Assembly: GCA_021839245.1 (NCBI GenBank)
Contig: JAKCBQ010000001.1
Location: 41,032-105,031, forward strand
DNA length: 64,000 nucleotides
Direction of reading: 5' to 3'
Origin: Pseudomonadota bacterium
GTDB taxonomy: Bacteria > Pseudomonadota > Gammaproteobacteria > JAKAQQ01
Below the pieces are notes generated by a model. The model worked only from the letters and a program-made list of their open reading frames with translations. It was not told the DNA's origin and did no database searches. Numbering within the stretch: the first letter of the stretch is position 1; each line of letters opens with the position of its first letter. This document shows, in pieces, positions 29,704-39,330 of this stretch. Both the position numbers and the translations under genes were made by a program.

Positions 29704-31680
29704 CTATCGGACAAGGAACGTTACCGCGAAGATCATCACAAGCAGGATCCCAATATAGGCCAGATAAACATTCATTGATCCTGACTGAATACGGCCAAGC
29801 GCATCCGCCAGTTTGTGCACCAACCGTGTGATGGGCTCGAAAACCCATGTCCCAAAAATAGGCGCCTGACTGTAGGTGAAATGCAAATGTGTGATGAAAT
29901 ATTCACGTCCCACGCTTTCACGTTTCGTGACTGTCTGGGGGCGATAAACGAAACTATAAAAGTTTCGCAGCGCATTGGAGAAAACCAGAGCCGTGGTGGC
30001 GCTTTCCCGAGGTACGGCCGCTGTCCCGTGGGCCCAAATCGGGGCTCTCCGTACACCACGACGTGAGGACCAGAAGAGCAATCCTAAGGGGATAAGAGCG
30101 AGCAACGGTCCGACGATCATCAGCAGGGTAGGGGAGATGAACGCAAATTTTGGCGTGAGCGGCACCAAGAGCCACCCCCGAACCATCGAGGCCACCGCTT
30201 GCGGGTGAGGCGGCCATCCGCTCTGGCCCAGGAATGAAAGCCACCAGGGCATCCCGACGGCATACAGGAGGATCGTAAGGCCGGGGACCAATACGGCGAC
30301 TCGGCCTGTTCGGCCTAAAGGTTTCTGTGCAGCTCCGTTTTTCCCGAGCAGTCCGACACCAAAAATCTTAGCCATGGTTGCCAAAGCGATGGCTGCCGTC
30401 AGAGCAAGCCCGGCTCCGGCTAGGGCCAAGGTGACGCGCGCCGCGCTACTGGCGAGATGGAAATCCTGGAAAATGGTCTGGAAGAGGTACCATTCGCCGA
30501 CGAATCCGGCCTGCGGCGGTAGGGCGGCGAGGCTCATGGCCCCAAAGAGCGTGGCCAGTCCGAGTGTCCAAGGGGCCAAAGCCATAAGATGGCTTTGGAC
30601 GATCCGGTAATCGCCCTTGGCTTCCTGAACACGATCGGCGGCGAGCATGAGAGTGCCTTTTGCGAGACTGTGTCCGCCGAGCTGGATGAGGGCAACCACC
30701 CACGCGAAGGTGGAAAGTATGGGCAGCCCCCCCGCCCGGAAGAGGATGGCCGCCCCCAGCGCCGTGACAGCCAAGGCCGCGTTTTCAGCCGACGAAAAGG
30801 CAAGAAGCGAGCGCCAATCTTCCTGCTGGAAGGCATAAAGGATGGTGAGTATGGCGGTCAGAGTGGCCACTGCCACAACCACGATCCCGAAGGCGGTGAG
30901 ATGAGAAAAAGCCGGCATCCATGACAGTAGGGTCCGACCTAAAGCGAAGAAGGCCATGTTGAGGACTACACCTGAAAGGATGGCGCCGCTGGCTCCGCTT
31001 CCGCTGCCGTACGCACTCGGGTACCACTCATAGAACGGCAACAGGCCCAGCTTGGCTCCAAAACCGATAAGAAAGAGGATTCCGACGCCGAAGGCAGCAG
31101 CCGTCGGAAGGGCGGTCCACGCGGCGGGCCAGGATGCGAATGTCAAACCGCGTCCCCCCAGCGTGATGACGGCCAGTAACAGAGCCACCGCCCCAACCTC
31201 CAAGAGACCCAGCATGAATAGACTGGCTTGACCAGCCTCCGTTCGAGGGGCTTGCCGGTCGGCAAGCAGCATGACGGCCGCGCCGAAACTCATCAGTTCC
31301 CAAGCGATGAGAAGGCCGATCCCATCCTGTACCGTCCCCACTCCAAGAGCACCGATGAGACAAAGAGCCACCCCGGCTAGCCAGGCGCGGGGATAACGGG
31401 TCGGGCCGCCTGCAAAAACAGCGAACAGGGCCGGAATCAAGCCCCATCCCAGAAGCCAGGCGGCGCTGGGGTCGAGATGAACGTCAAGGGCGGTGGTGCC
31501 GATCGTGTAGAGAGACCCCCAACCGGATCCCCCGGGGAGGGCAAGCGCGGCGCCCACCAGAGCCGCCAGAATCCCGAGAGTCAACAAGAGACGGACCAGG
31601 GTTTCCCAGTGGGTCAAGACGGCAAAACTCAGGGCCAACAGCCAGCAGAACAAGGTTAGAGCGAAAAAATCAAGGCTCAT
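29704..31680 (-). CDS. NuoL/HyfB-like antiporter-type membrane subunit of a group-4-hydrogenase-related complex
   Basis: ~660 aa polytopic protein with the NuoL/MrpA-like core and a C-terminal extension as in HyfB/HycC. I chose the internal Met (MSLDFF...) as the start. The ORF track begins 33 codons earlier, overlapping the upstream gene. Confidence 0.6.
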   Translation of the reverse strand: MSLDFFALTLFCWLLALSFAVLTHWETLVRLLLTLGILAALVGAALALPGGSGWGSLYTIGTTALDVHLDPSAAWLLGWGLIPALFAVFAGGPTRYPRAWLAGVALCLIGALGVGTVQDGIGLLIAWELMSFGAAVMLLADRQAPRTEAGQASLFMLGLLEVGAVALLLAVITLGGRGLTFASWPAAWTALPTAAAFGVGILFLIGFGAKLGLLPFYEWYPSAYGSGSGASGAILSGVVLNMAFFALGRTLLSWMPAFSHLTAFGIVVVAVATLTAILTILYAFQQEDWRSLLAFSSAENAALAVTALGAAILFRAGGLPILSTFAWVVALIQLGGHSLAKGTLMLAADRVQEAKGDYRIVQSHLMALAPWTLGLATLFGAMSLAALPPQAGFVGEWYLFQTIFQDFHLASSAARVTLALAGAGLALTAAIALATMAKIFGVGLLGKNGAAQKPLGRTGRVAVLVPGLTILLYAVGMPWWLSFLGQSGWPPHPQAVASMVRGWLLVPLTPKFAFISPTLLMIVGPLLALIPLGLLFWSSRRGVRRAPIWAHGTAAVPRESATTALVFSNALRNFYSFVYRPQTVTKRESVGREYFITHLHFTYSQAPIFGTWVFEPITRLVHKLADALGRIQSGSMNVYLAYIGILLVMIFAVTFLVR

Positions 31681-32458
31681 AACGTCCCCCGTGGACTTTC
31701 TGTGGGACCCGCTCGAGAAGGAGGAGAAGGGCGTGGATGAAGGCTGCCGGATTCGGTGGGCAGCCAGGCAGCCAGACATCGACCGGTACGATGCCTTCCA
31801 GGCCGTGACCGGCCGCGTAACCTTGATCCATCGGTGCGCCGGATACGGCGCAGGTTCCTGCCGCCATCACCATGCGGGGTTCAGGCATGGCCTCCCAGGT
31901 GCGGATCAGGGGGAGCCGCATGGCCGGTGTCACCGGTCCGGTCACAAGCAGCAGGTCGGCGAAACGAGGCGAAGGAGTAAAGAAAATGCCCAGACGGTGC
32001 AGGTTGTAGAAAGGATTGCTCAAAGCCTGGAGCTCTGATTCGCAGCCGTTGCAAGATCCGGCGTCGACGTGACGGATATGCAGGCTCCCTTTGAGGCTGG
32101 ATGCGATGCGGCGGCTGAGCGCCCGCTCTTCGTTCGCTGCAGCCGACTGGGTCAGGACCAAATCCTGGCGGTCACGGACAGCGAAAGCCCACTGGTCCGA
32201 GGTTGTAAGCGCGCCTTCGGGGCACGCTTCTACGCAACGTTGGCAGACGATGCAACGCCCATAATCGATGGCGATGCTTCCATCCGCGGTGATGGCTCCT
32301 GTCGGGCAGGATGCCACACAAGCCGCGCAGCCCGGTGGGCAGTGCCCGGGATCGAAAACGGGCATTCCCCGATGACCCTCTTGTCCGTCGGGACCATGGC
32401 GCGGCCAATCGGTGGCGGCGCATCCTGCCTTCATTCCCAACCAGACCCAGTTTGGCAT
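31670..32458 (-). CDS. fusion of 2x[4Fe-4S] ferredoxin domain with NuoB/HycG-like small subunit
   Basis: Two CxxCxxCxxxCP motifs (CPPGCAACVASCP; CIVCQRCVEACP) are followed by the small-subunit cluster ligands SCNGCESE, GTCAVSG and PGCPP. Confidence 0.7.
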   Translation of the reverse strand: MPNWVWLGMKAGCAATDWPRHGPDGQEGHRGMPVFDPGHCPPGCAACVASCPTGAITADGSIAIDYGRCIVCQRCVEACPEGALTTSDQWAFAVRDRQDLVLTQSAAANEERALSRRIASSLKGSLHIRHVDAGSCNGCESELQALSNPFYNLHRLGIFFTPSPRFADLLLVTGPVTPAMRLPLIRTWEAMPEPRMVMAAGTCAVSGAPMDQGYAAGHGLEGIVPVDVWLPGCPPNPAAFIHALLLLLERVPQKVHGGRYEP

Positions 32459-32466
32459 AGGACCTC

Positions 32467-34056
32467 CTAACGATCGCAACCGGCCACCGTGAGGCCGAAG
32501 CTCGCCTCGTTGATGGCAAAATCCATCATGTTCGACCCGTGTACGGTAAAAGGGAAAACTCGCCAGTTGGAGAACGATGGGGATTTAATCTTGACTCTGA
32601 ACAACCGGCCATCCCGGATATGCACGGCGTAATAAAGAGAACCTCGGGGGCTTTCGGTCCAGCCGAGCCCTTCTCCATGGTCCGCCGGCGCTAGGGGAGC
32701 GGCGCATACGGGGCCTGGTTTCAGATTTTTGGCGGCCTGAACAATCAGATCGAGAGCGCCCCTGAGGGATTCCATCCTGACCTGCGTCCGGGCTTGAGCG
32801 TCGCCTTGCTCGTGCAGTGGAACCATAAAATGTAAAAGCTCATAAGCCGCGTAGGGGTGGTCACGGCGCATATCGCGATCCAAGCCAGAAGCCCGGGCGA
32901 CAGGCCCGGTGGCTCCTTGGTCGAAGGCTGTCTGCCGCGGCAGGATGCCGGTGCCGATGAGGCGATCCTGGTGGCTGGCCGTACGATTGAGGCGCTCGAG
33001 GTAAGCGATTCCCTCATCGGCGATCGTCCGAATGACCTCGCCGATACCTTCTCCCGCGAGGTCCCGCCGCAAGCCGCCCACGGTCAAGCAGTTGCGCAGA
33101 AAGCGGCTGCCGGTCAGTCGGGCGTTCACCTGCTTCACCCGTTCTTCCAGAAGAGTCCCGAAAGCTTCGCCCACCTTCAGGGTGGTGGTCTTACAAAGAT
33201 GCCCGAAATAGTGGAAATGGTTGTAGAGCCTTTCCAGTTCCGCCAGGATGACCCGTAGCATCGCGGCCCGAGGGGGCACCTCCAACCCGAGTGCGGCTTC
33301 AACCGCTTGGCAGTAGGCGAGGGCATGGCAAACACTACCAACCCCTGAGATTCGCTCGGCCAGCGGGACCCCTTGCGTGGGCAAGAGATCATGGAAACGC
33401 CGCTCGAGCCCCCGATGCTTGTAAAAGAGGCGCATCTGGTAGTGCAGGATGCCCTCTCCGATGTAAGAGTAGTGGTGTTCTCCCGATTCTAGAACGTCGC
33501 CGCGAATCGGCCCCCAAATGAGATCCTGTACCTGATCGGCGCGTACCTCGGGCATAGTGGGAGGGCCCGATTCACCTGCAAGCCGGCTTTCGGCTTCTCT
33601 CTCAGGTCCCAGCGGAGGCGGCTGAACACTCATGCCTTCGTGGACGATCAGAGGCCAAGGCTCGGGGTGTTCCAGGAAACGCACCCCCGCAAGGTCCATC
33701 ATCTCTCGCTCGTACCACCCCAAGAGTGGGACTTCCCGAGCCAAAGAAGGCAGTTCTCCTTCGCCACGAACTTTTAGGAGAAGGAAGGGGCGTTTGCCTC
33801 CCTGAGCGATCAGGTATCGGACTTCCACCGTAGGGCCTTCCCATACGGCATAGGCCATCTGGAATCGCTTGCCCTGCCGCACCAGATCCTCGGCCGCGGG
33901 ACGGAGCTCAGAGGCCGTAAGAATGCGCGACTCACATTCGTTCACGGCAACCCCCGATGCGCCGCTGCAGCAAAGAACCGCCAGAGAGCGCTCGGCCACC
34001 AGAAGCCTAGCACCAAGACGGCCGCCAAGGTCAGCCCTAGCGGCAAGGTATTCCAA
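32467..34056 (-). CDS. fused NuoC-NuoD-like (HycE-like) large subunit; canonical NiFe cysteine ligands apparently absent
   Basis: N-terminal 30-kDa (NuoC) domain (WYEREMMDLAGVRF). C-terminal NuoD / [NiFe]-large-subunit fold. The N-terminal metal-binding motif reads ERISGVGSVCH instead of R-x-C-G-x-C-xxx-H. The C-terminus ends GLTVAGCDR instead of DPCxxCxxR. The 115-nt overlap with the upstream gene means the start is uncertain. Confidence 0.6.
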   Translation of the reverse strand: MEYLAARADLGGRLGARLLVAERSLAVLCCSGASGVAVNECESRILTASELRPAAEDLVRQGKRFQMAYAVWEGPTVEVRYLIAQGGKRPFLLLKVRGEGELPSLAREVPLLGWYEREMMDLAGVRFLEHPEPWPLIVHEGMSVQPPPLGPEREAESRLAGESGPPTMPEVRADQVQDLIWGPIRGDVLESGEHHYSYIGEGILHYQMRLFYKHRGLERRFHDLLPTQGVPLAERISGVGSVCHALAYCQAVEAALGLEVPPRAAMLRVILAELERLYNHFHYFGHLCKTTTLKVGEAFGTLLEERVKQVNARLTGSRFLRNCLTVGGLRRDLAGEGIGEVIRTIADEGIAYLERLNRTASHQDRLIGTGILPRQTAFDQGATGPVARASGLDRDMRRDHPYAAYELLHFMVPLHEQGDAQARTQVRMESLRGALDLIVQAAKNLKPGPVCAAPLAPADHGEGLGWTESPRGSLYYAVHIRDGRLFRVKIKSPSFSNWRVFPFTVHGSNMMDFAINEASFGLTVAGCDR

Positions 34057-35399
34057 AGGCTCAGTTTGAGCGTTGGCTCCGCCCCGGATTCCGGTTCATC
34101 GCCAAAAGCCATGGCACGGAAATGATTCAGAAAGGCGATGAAGATCAAAATGAGGAGGAGGCCCATCACCCAAACAGCCCAGGCATTGGGGCCTTGAAGG
34201 CCGCCCCGCATGATCGTAATTTCGGAAAGAAAGAGGCCGAAGGGAGGAGCGCCGGTAATCGCCACCGCGCCCAGAAGCCATAAAAATCCACTGATGGGAT
34301 AGAAACTGAGAATACTCCGCACGGCACTCATCTCCTTGCTGCCGTAGGCACGCATCATGTTGCCTGAGCCGAAAAACATATGAGATTTGGCAAGGGAATG
34401 GTTGAGCATGTGATACATGGCACCTGCCACTCCCAGCACGCCCCCGAAGCCGAACCCGAGAGCGACGATTCCCATGTGTTCCACGCTGGAGTAAGCCATG
34501 AGCCTCTTGGCCCCCGTCTGACGGATGATGAAAAAAGCCGCCAAAAAGAGCGACAGGGCACCGAGGACCACCAGGGCCGTTCTCCCTAACAGCCCTACGC
34601 CGCCTCCCTGCACGACACCCAGAAACCGTACGATGCCCAACATGGCGGTGTTGAGAAGAGCCGCTGAAAGCATGGCGGAAACGGGTGCGGGTCCTTCGCT
34701 GTGAGCGTCGGGCAACCAAGTGTGCATGGGGGCCAGCCCAACCTTGGTGCCAAAACCTACAAGAACCAGGAGAAAGGCAAGCAGCAAAAGGGCTTTGGGC
34801 ATGAAGGGGGCGCTCGCGGTGAGATTGGCCCAAGTCATGGCGTAAACGGGTCCCAAGTGAAGAGTTCCCCCCCAGTAGAAAAGCACGATTCCAAGGAGCG
34901 CCAGTGACAACCCCGCCGAAACGATGACGATGTATTTCCAAGCCGCCTCAACGCTCTCCGCTTCACGTTCGAAACCCACCAAAAAGGCACTCACAATCGT
35001 CGTCAGATCAATGACAATCCAGTACAGTCCCGGATTGTTCATGAGCGGGGCTACCAGCATTGTGAGAGCGAAACCCGCCATCAGCGCGTAAAAAAGAGGC
35101 AGACGTGATTCTTCCTTTCGCAGCAGGCGCATATAGCCCACGGCGTAGAGGCTTGCCAAAAGGTAAACGATGGCAACGCAGAGCTCGACCCAGTTTCCTA
35201 AGGGGGCAAGAATCAGGTAGCCACCCCCCAAGACCAAAGATCGATCCGGAGCGATGAGGAGTAGTGTGACCGCTGCCCCAAACACCACGATCGCCGCCAT
35301 CAGGTTCAGATATTCAGCTGCTCGCGGACGGTTCAGCAGCAGGATGGCAATAATGGCCGCTGTCGGCACACCCCAAAGGATGGTGATGAGTGAGCTCAT
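33942..35399 (-). CDS. NuoM/NuoN (HyfD/HyfF)-like antiporter-type membrane subunit
   Basis: 485 aa, about 14 TM helices, with conserved complex-I antiporter-subunit residues (GTKVGLAPMHTWLPDAH). Confidence 0.7.
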   Translation of the reverse strand: MSSLITILWGVPTAAIIAILLLNRPRAAEYLNLMAAIVVFGAAVTLLLIAPDRSLVLGGGYLILAPLGNWVELCVAIVYLLASLYAVGYMRLLRKEESRLPLFYALMAGFALTMLVAPLMNNPGLYWIVIDLTTIVSAFLVGFEREAESVEAAWKYIVIVSAGLSLALLGIVLFYWGGTLHLGPVYAMTWANLTASAPFMPKALLLLAFLLVLVGFGTKVGLAPMHTWLPDAHSEGPAPVSAMLSAALLNTAMLGIVRFLGVVQGGGVGLLGRTALVVLGALSLFLAAFFIIRQTGAKRLMAYSSVEHMGIVALGFGFGGVLGVAGAMYHMLNHSLAKSHMFFGSGNMMRAYGSKEMSAVRSILSFYPISGFLWLLGAVAITGAPPFGLFLSEITIMRGGLQGPNAWAVWVMGLLLILIFIAFLNHFRAMAFGDEPESGAEPTLKLSLWNTLPLGLTLAAVLVLGFWWPSALWRFFAAAAHRGLP

Positions 35400-35400
35400 C

Positions 35401-36081
35401 TCAACCTACCAGCTTCTGCAGCGCACGGCTGCTTGTGGCGCCGGCGTGCACCTTGAGGTAGCGCACGAGGATTCCAAACGTCATGACAATGACGAGAAGA
35501 TCGAAGAGAATGACCAACTCCAGAAGCAAAGGCATTCCCGGGACCAGGATCTGGGATCCCAAGAAGATGCCGTTCTCGATGACGAGGAGTCCCAGGATGT
35601 GGCTGATGGCTTCTGAGCGTAGGACCATCAGTAGGAAACCGATCAGCACAAGGCTGAACATACAGGTGAGGGCCAGCACGGCAATGCCTGAAGGCAGGTC
35701 CAGTCGCCTTCCGAGTGCCTCGGCTACGCCGTAAGCAAAGATCACCAGGAATGCTCCGATCATCATGCTCGACGCGGGTTTCAGGAGCGGCGTGAATTCT
35801 CGCTCGATCCCCAACCGATCCACCAGCCGCAACAGCAGGTAGGGGAGTAAGCTGCCGCGGAAGAGAGCTGTTAGGATCGCGATGAAATAGAGCTCCTCGT
35901 AATGGCCGTAGTAGCCCACAGAGGCCGAGAGAAAGGCAATGACCCAGGATTCAGCGGCAAACGAATAAACATGATTTTTAAGCCAGTGAGAACCTAACAT
36001 CACGAAGGACAGCACCAACGCCACGATGGCCAGAAGGCTGAACACTGATGTCGGCAGGAGGCCGAGATGGAAAATCAGCAT
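35401..36081 (-). CDS. HyfE-like small membrane subunit
   Basis: ~226 aa with 6-7 TM helices, placed between the NuoH-like and NuoM-like genes as in hyf/ehr loci. I chose the internal Met start (MLIFHLGLL...). Confidence 0.5.
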   Translation of the reverse strand: MLIFHLGLLPTSVFSLLAIVALVLSFVMLGSHWLKNHVYSFAAESWVIAFLSASVGYYGHYEELYFIAILTALFRGSLLPYLLLRLVDRLGIEREFTPLLKPASSMMIGAFLVIFAYGVAEALGRRLDLPSGIAVLALTCMFSLVLIGFLLMVLRSEAISHILGLLVIENGIFLGSQILVPGMPLLLELVILFDLLVIVMTFGILVRYLKVHAGATSSRALQKLVG

Positions 36082-36097
36082 GAAGCTTCCCCTGGGT

Positions 36098-37060
36098 TCA
36101 TATCTGAGAGGCGACAATCGCAAGCACGGCGAACAGGAAAGACAGCGCCAGTGGTTCTTGATAACGGTAAAAGCGCAGCCGGGACTGCATGGTGTCCACA
36201 GCGGCCATCGAAAGTCCAAGGGCTCCGTACTTCAAAAAAATGATGAGGACCGCGAGCCCCACGGAGGCAAGGCTTCCTGTGATCGACAAGCCCCAGGGGA
36301 AGAGAAAGACGTTCAGAAAGATGGTGTAAAGGATGAACTGCTTCATCCAGGACGACCATTTCAGAAGCCCCAGGAGAGGGCCCGAATATTCAAGGACACG
36401 CGCTTCGTCGATCATGTAAATTTCGTAATGAATCGACGAATGGATTGGCAACCGGTCTGTTTCGACCGTCAGCAGTATCAGGAAGGCAAAGACCAGGAAG
36501 AGATGGGAAGGACCCCAGTAGGCCACAGGATCCTGGGCCAAAAGATGATTCGCCACAAACGGAAGCATGGCGTGATCCAGAAAGGTAATCCCGACGAGCA
36601 CCAGGATCAGTGTCGGCTCGGCGAGGATGGTGAGCATCACAGATCGACTGGACCCAAGGCCGCCAAACGGTTGCCCGGAATCCAAGCCGGCCAGGAGGAT
36701 CATGAAACTGCCGAGAGTGAGGATCAATCCGCCTCCCAGGATGTCGCCCATATCCGAGAGAGGTAGAGGGTAGTTGGTCAAGACAGGGATCAGGAGCGGC
36801 ACTGTAAGCATGGCTGTAAAGGCCACGACAGGTGCTGCCCAGAAGATCCAGGTGGCTGTCTCAGGAAGAACTAATTCTTTGTGGAAAAGCTTCCAAAGAT
36901 CGCGGTAAGGTTGGAAGATAGAGGGACCGCGCCCACGCTGTATGCGCTCTTCAGCCTTGACGATAAAACCGTGGAGCAGCGGAGCGAGAAGAAGAACGGT
37001 CAGAACTTGACCGATCTGCAAAACGATGGGGCTCAAAATCATACTTAGGCTTCCGATCAC
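36098..37060 (-). CDS. NuoH/HycD-like membrane subunit
   Basis: 320 aa polytopic protein with NuoH-family architecture. It is the first gene of the six-gene minus-strand operon, preceded by a 228-bp AT-rich intergenic region. Confidence 0.7.
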   Translation of the reverse strand: MIGSLSMILSPIVLQIGQVLTVLLLAPLLHGFIVKAEERIQRGRGPSIFQPYRDLWKLFHKELVLPETATWIFWAAPVVAFTAMLTVPLLIPVLTNYPLPLSDMGDILGGGLILTLGSFMILLAGLDSGQPFGGLGSSRSVMLTILAEPTLILVLVGITFLDHAMLPFVANHLLAQDPVAYWGPSHLFLVFAFLILLTVETDRLPIHSSIHYEIYMIDEARVLEYSGPLLGLLKWSSWMKQFILYTIFLNVFLFPWGLSITGSLASVGLAVLIIFLKYGALGLSMAAVDTMQSRLRFYRYQEPLALSFLFAVLAIVASQI

Positions 37061-37288
37061 ACAGACACTAAACTCCCCTGTTGCTTATGTGCAAACAGAG
37101 GGGGTAGGGGTCATTAGCCGTGATCGGCACTTAATATTGGCGAACCCCATCGCCTATGTGAATAGTCTACTACATCGTTAGGAGTTTGGGGGTTCTATAA
37201 CTTTACATAATATACATTCTGGGTTATTCGGCCTAGGGTGGCTAGAGCCTTTCTGACGTGTTTCCCGCTTCCGTCTCTGCGACCACCA

Positions 37289-38233
37289 TCAACTCTTCGG
37301 GCATCCCGATGTGGTGCAGCGCTGGTACAGGCGATGCATGGTCTTTTTTACCTGTCGAAGGTTACCGATGATCACATAGGCGTGGAAGTGGTAAGGCCCA
37401 GGCCTTACGGGACGGTAGCGATAAACGCAATTCCATTTGACGACACGTGGAAAGTCGACACTCCCGTAACCCGCATGAGGCCAGTCGGCTTGGGGCAGGC
37501 CCGGACAGTAGATGCCCATGGCGTAACGATGATCTGGCGTACTCCGGATCACGGGGTAAGGTTGCTCTCCTCTGCGACCACGGGCAGGAATCAAGCGCAT
37601 GGACCAGGGATGAAAGTAAAAAGCTTGAGAGAACCTTGGCGGCATGTAGCCGGTCAACGCCTCAAAGGTAGCACTTCGGTAACGAGCCGGTACGTCAAAG
37701 GTGAGCGAGTCACGAAGGACGTTGTGGAAATCGCGCAGGCCTATCGTCAGATGTTTGTGCAGCACGACCTTGGAAAGCACCGCCCGATTGACGGCACGGT
37801 GCAGATAAGTGTGGCTCCCACAGACCCGGGGGTAGGACGATTGCCCAGGCTGCAGCCAGAAGGCCATCTGCGTGACCGTCCACAGTTGGTTGCCGCGAAC
37901 TTTTATGGCACGCAGGACACTGCTGCTTCGATTCCCAGCACCGTTCGCGCGAGAACCAGCCTCCGTCGGGTTGTAGCAGACACCGAAGTTATTAAAGAAC
38001 ACGTCGCTTTGCAGCTCTCGGCCGTGATCCCGGCTGTTGATAAAAGACTGCCCCTTCCAGGTCAACGCGCTGATGGCCCCCGCGAAACGGCTGCGTGTTT
38101 GGAGGGTAAGGGTAGAGCCGAGAATCTGTACCGAGATCGTCCGATTTCCGTCGACACCCCGAGCCATTGCGGGGTAAAGGAACTCGGTCGCAGACAAGAC
38201 GCAAAAAAGCGGAACCAAGTATATTGCACGCAT
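37289..38233 (-). CDS. hypothetical secreted protein
   Basis: Start set at the signal peptide MRAIYLVPLFCVLSATEFLYPAMA. The ORF track starts 54 codons earlier, overlapping the uppS-like gene. No recognisable domain. Confidence 0.45.
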   Translation of the reverse strand: MRAIYLVPLFCVLSATEFLYPAMARGVDGNRTISVQILGSTLTLQTRSRFAGAISALTWKGQSFINSRDHGRELQSDVFFNNFGVCYNPTEAGSRANGAGNRSSSVLRAIKVRGNQLWTVTQMAFWLQPGQSSYPRVCGSHTYLHRAVNRAVLSKVVLHKHLTIGLRDFHNVLRDSLTFDVPARYRSATFEALTGYMPPRFSQAFYFHPWSMRLIPARGRRGEQPYPVIRSTPDHRYAMGIYCPGLPQADWPHAGYGSVDFPRVVKWNCVYRYRPVRPGPYHFHAYVIIGNLRQVKKTMHRLYQRCTTSGCPKS

Positions 38234-38306
38234 GGCACCATGTTTACCCGATCCCATGCTACACAGGCGTTGTACGGTCTGCCGCAGGCTCATATTGCCA
38301 CCTCTT

Positions 38307-39233
38307 CTAGCGCCCAAAACGACGCTCTCGCTGTTGATAGCTGCGTAAAGCGCGTAGGAAATCGATCCTTCGGAAATCGGGCCACAGCGCATCACAGAAA
38401 TAGAACTCGCTGTACGCGGACTGCCACAGAAGAAAACCGGAAAGGCGCTGCTCCCCGCTCGTCCGGATGATGAAATCTGGGTCGGGCGTGCCGGCTGTGT
38501 ATAGGTAGCGCTCCAAGTCTTCCGGAGTAAGATTTTTTGCCAGCTCCTCTAGGGTCAGCTGCTTGGCCTGGGCGTCCCTCAGTAGCGCTTTACAGGCATC
38601 TGTAATTTCTTCCCGCCCACCGTAGGCCAAGGCGATAGTCAAGAGCATGCCCTTGCGGTTGGCCGTGGATATCTCGATTTCTTCGGAAGCTTCAATGACG
38701 TGTTGTGGAAGACGATGACGCTGCCCAATGACCCTCACCCGTACCTCCTCGGATGACAAGCGCGGATTCTTGAGCATCTCCGCGCTTTCCTTGACGAAAA
38801 GATCAAGCAGGGTCTGCACTTCTTCTGTGGATCGTGTGAAATTCTCTGTGCTGAAGACATAGAGAGTTACGTGTGAAATGCGGAAATCCAGGCACCACTG
38901 AAGAAACTCTCGAAGTTTCTTGACACCGTATTCGTGCCCACGGATGGCTCGTATTCCGAAGTTTCTAGCAAAACGTCGATTCCCGTCCAGAATGAGTCCT
39001 ATGTGGCACGGCGGCTGCCCCGCACGGACCTGCTTATCGAGTCTCTTTTCATAGTACCAGTAAATCGGCCTTATGAAATAACCAAAGAGACACAAAAAAT
39101 AGGTTCGTAGTGAACTCCGAGCAATTGGAAGATGCGGGAGAGAGTCTTGTTCGGAGACGTCGCTCGCATCTGATTTTGAGCCGTTTTCTACATTGTTCTT
39201 GGTGCGGGCATCTTGATGGATGGATTGTCTCAT
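38307..39233 (-). CDS. cis-prenyltransferase (UppS-family isoprenyl diphosphate synthase) with N-terminal hydrophobic extension
   Basis: UppS-family motifs HIGLILDGNRRFA, TIALAYGGREEI and IIRTSGEQRLSGFLLWQSAY. Unusually, about 75 aa precede the DGNRR motif and include a hydrophobic stretch (TYFLCLFGYFIRPIYWYY). Confidence 0.75.
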   Translation of the reverse strand: MRQSIHQDARTKNNVENGSKSDASDVSEQDSLPHLPIARSSLRTYFLCLFGYFIRPIYWYYEKRLDKQVRAGQPPCHIGLILDGNRRFARNFGIRAIRGHEYGVKKLREFLQWCLDFRISHVTLYVFSTENFTRSTEEVQTLLDLFVKESAEMLKNPRLSSEEVRVRVIGQRHRLPQHVIEASEEIEISTANRKGMLLTIALAYGGREEITDACKALLRDAQAKQLTLEELAKNLTPEDLERYLYTAGTPDPDFIIRTSGEQRLSGFLLWQSAYSEFYFCDALWPDFRRIDFLRALRSYQQRERRFGR

Positions 39234-39330
39234 CTTGGTCTCGGATGTCCTCTCCTACGTGACAAGAACCCAACGGTGCGGTGCCATTCTTTGTTAGCAC
39301 CGCACCATGGAGTGCCTTTTGTCCCACCTG

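Noticed and set aside
34096-34941. 281-aa alternative-frame ORF inside the NuoM-like gene
   Set aside because: It is a same-strand shifted frame that is Arg- and Gly-rich, whereas the overlapping frame is a coherent 14-TM antiporter-like protein.
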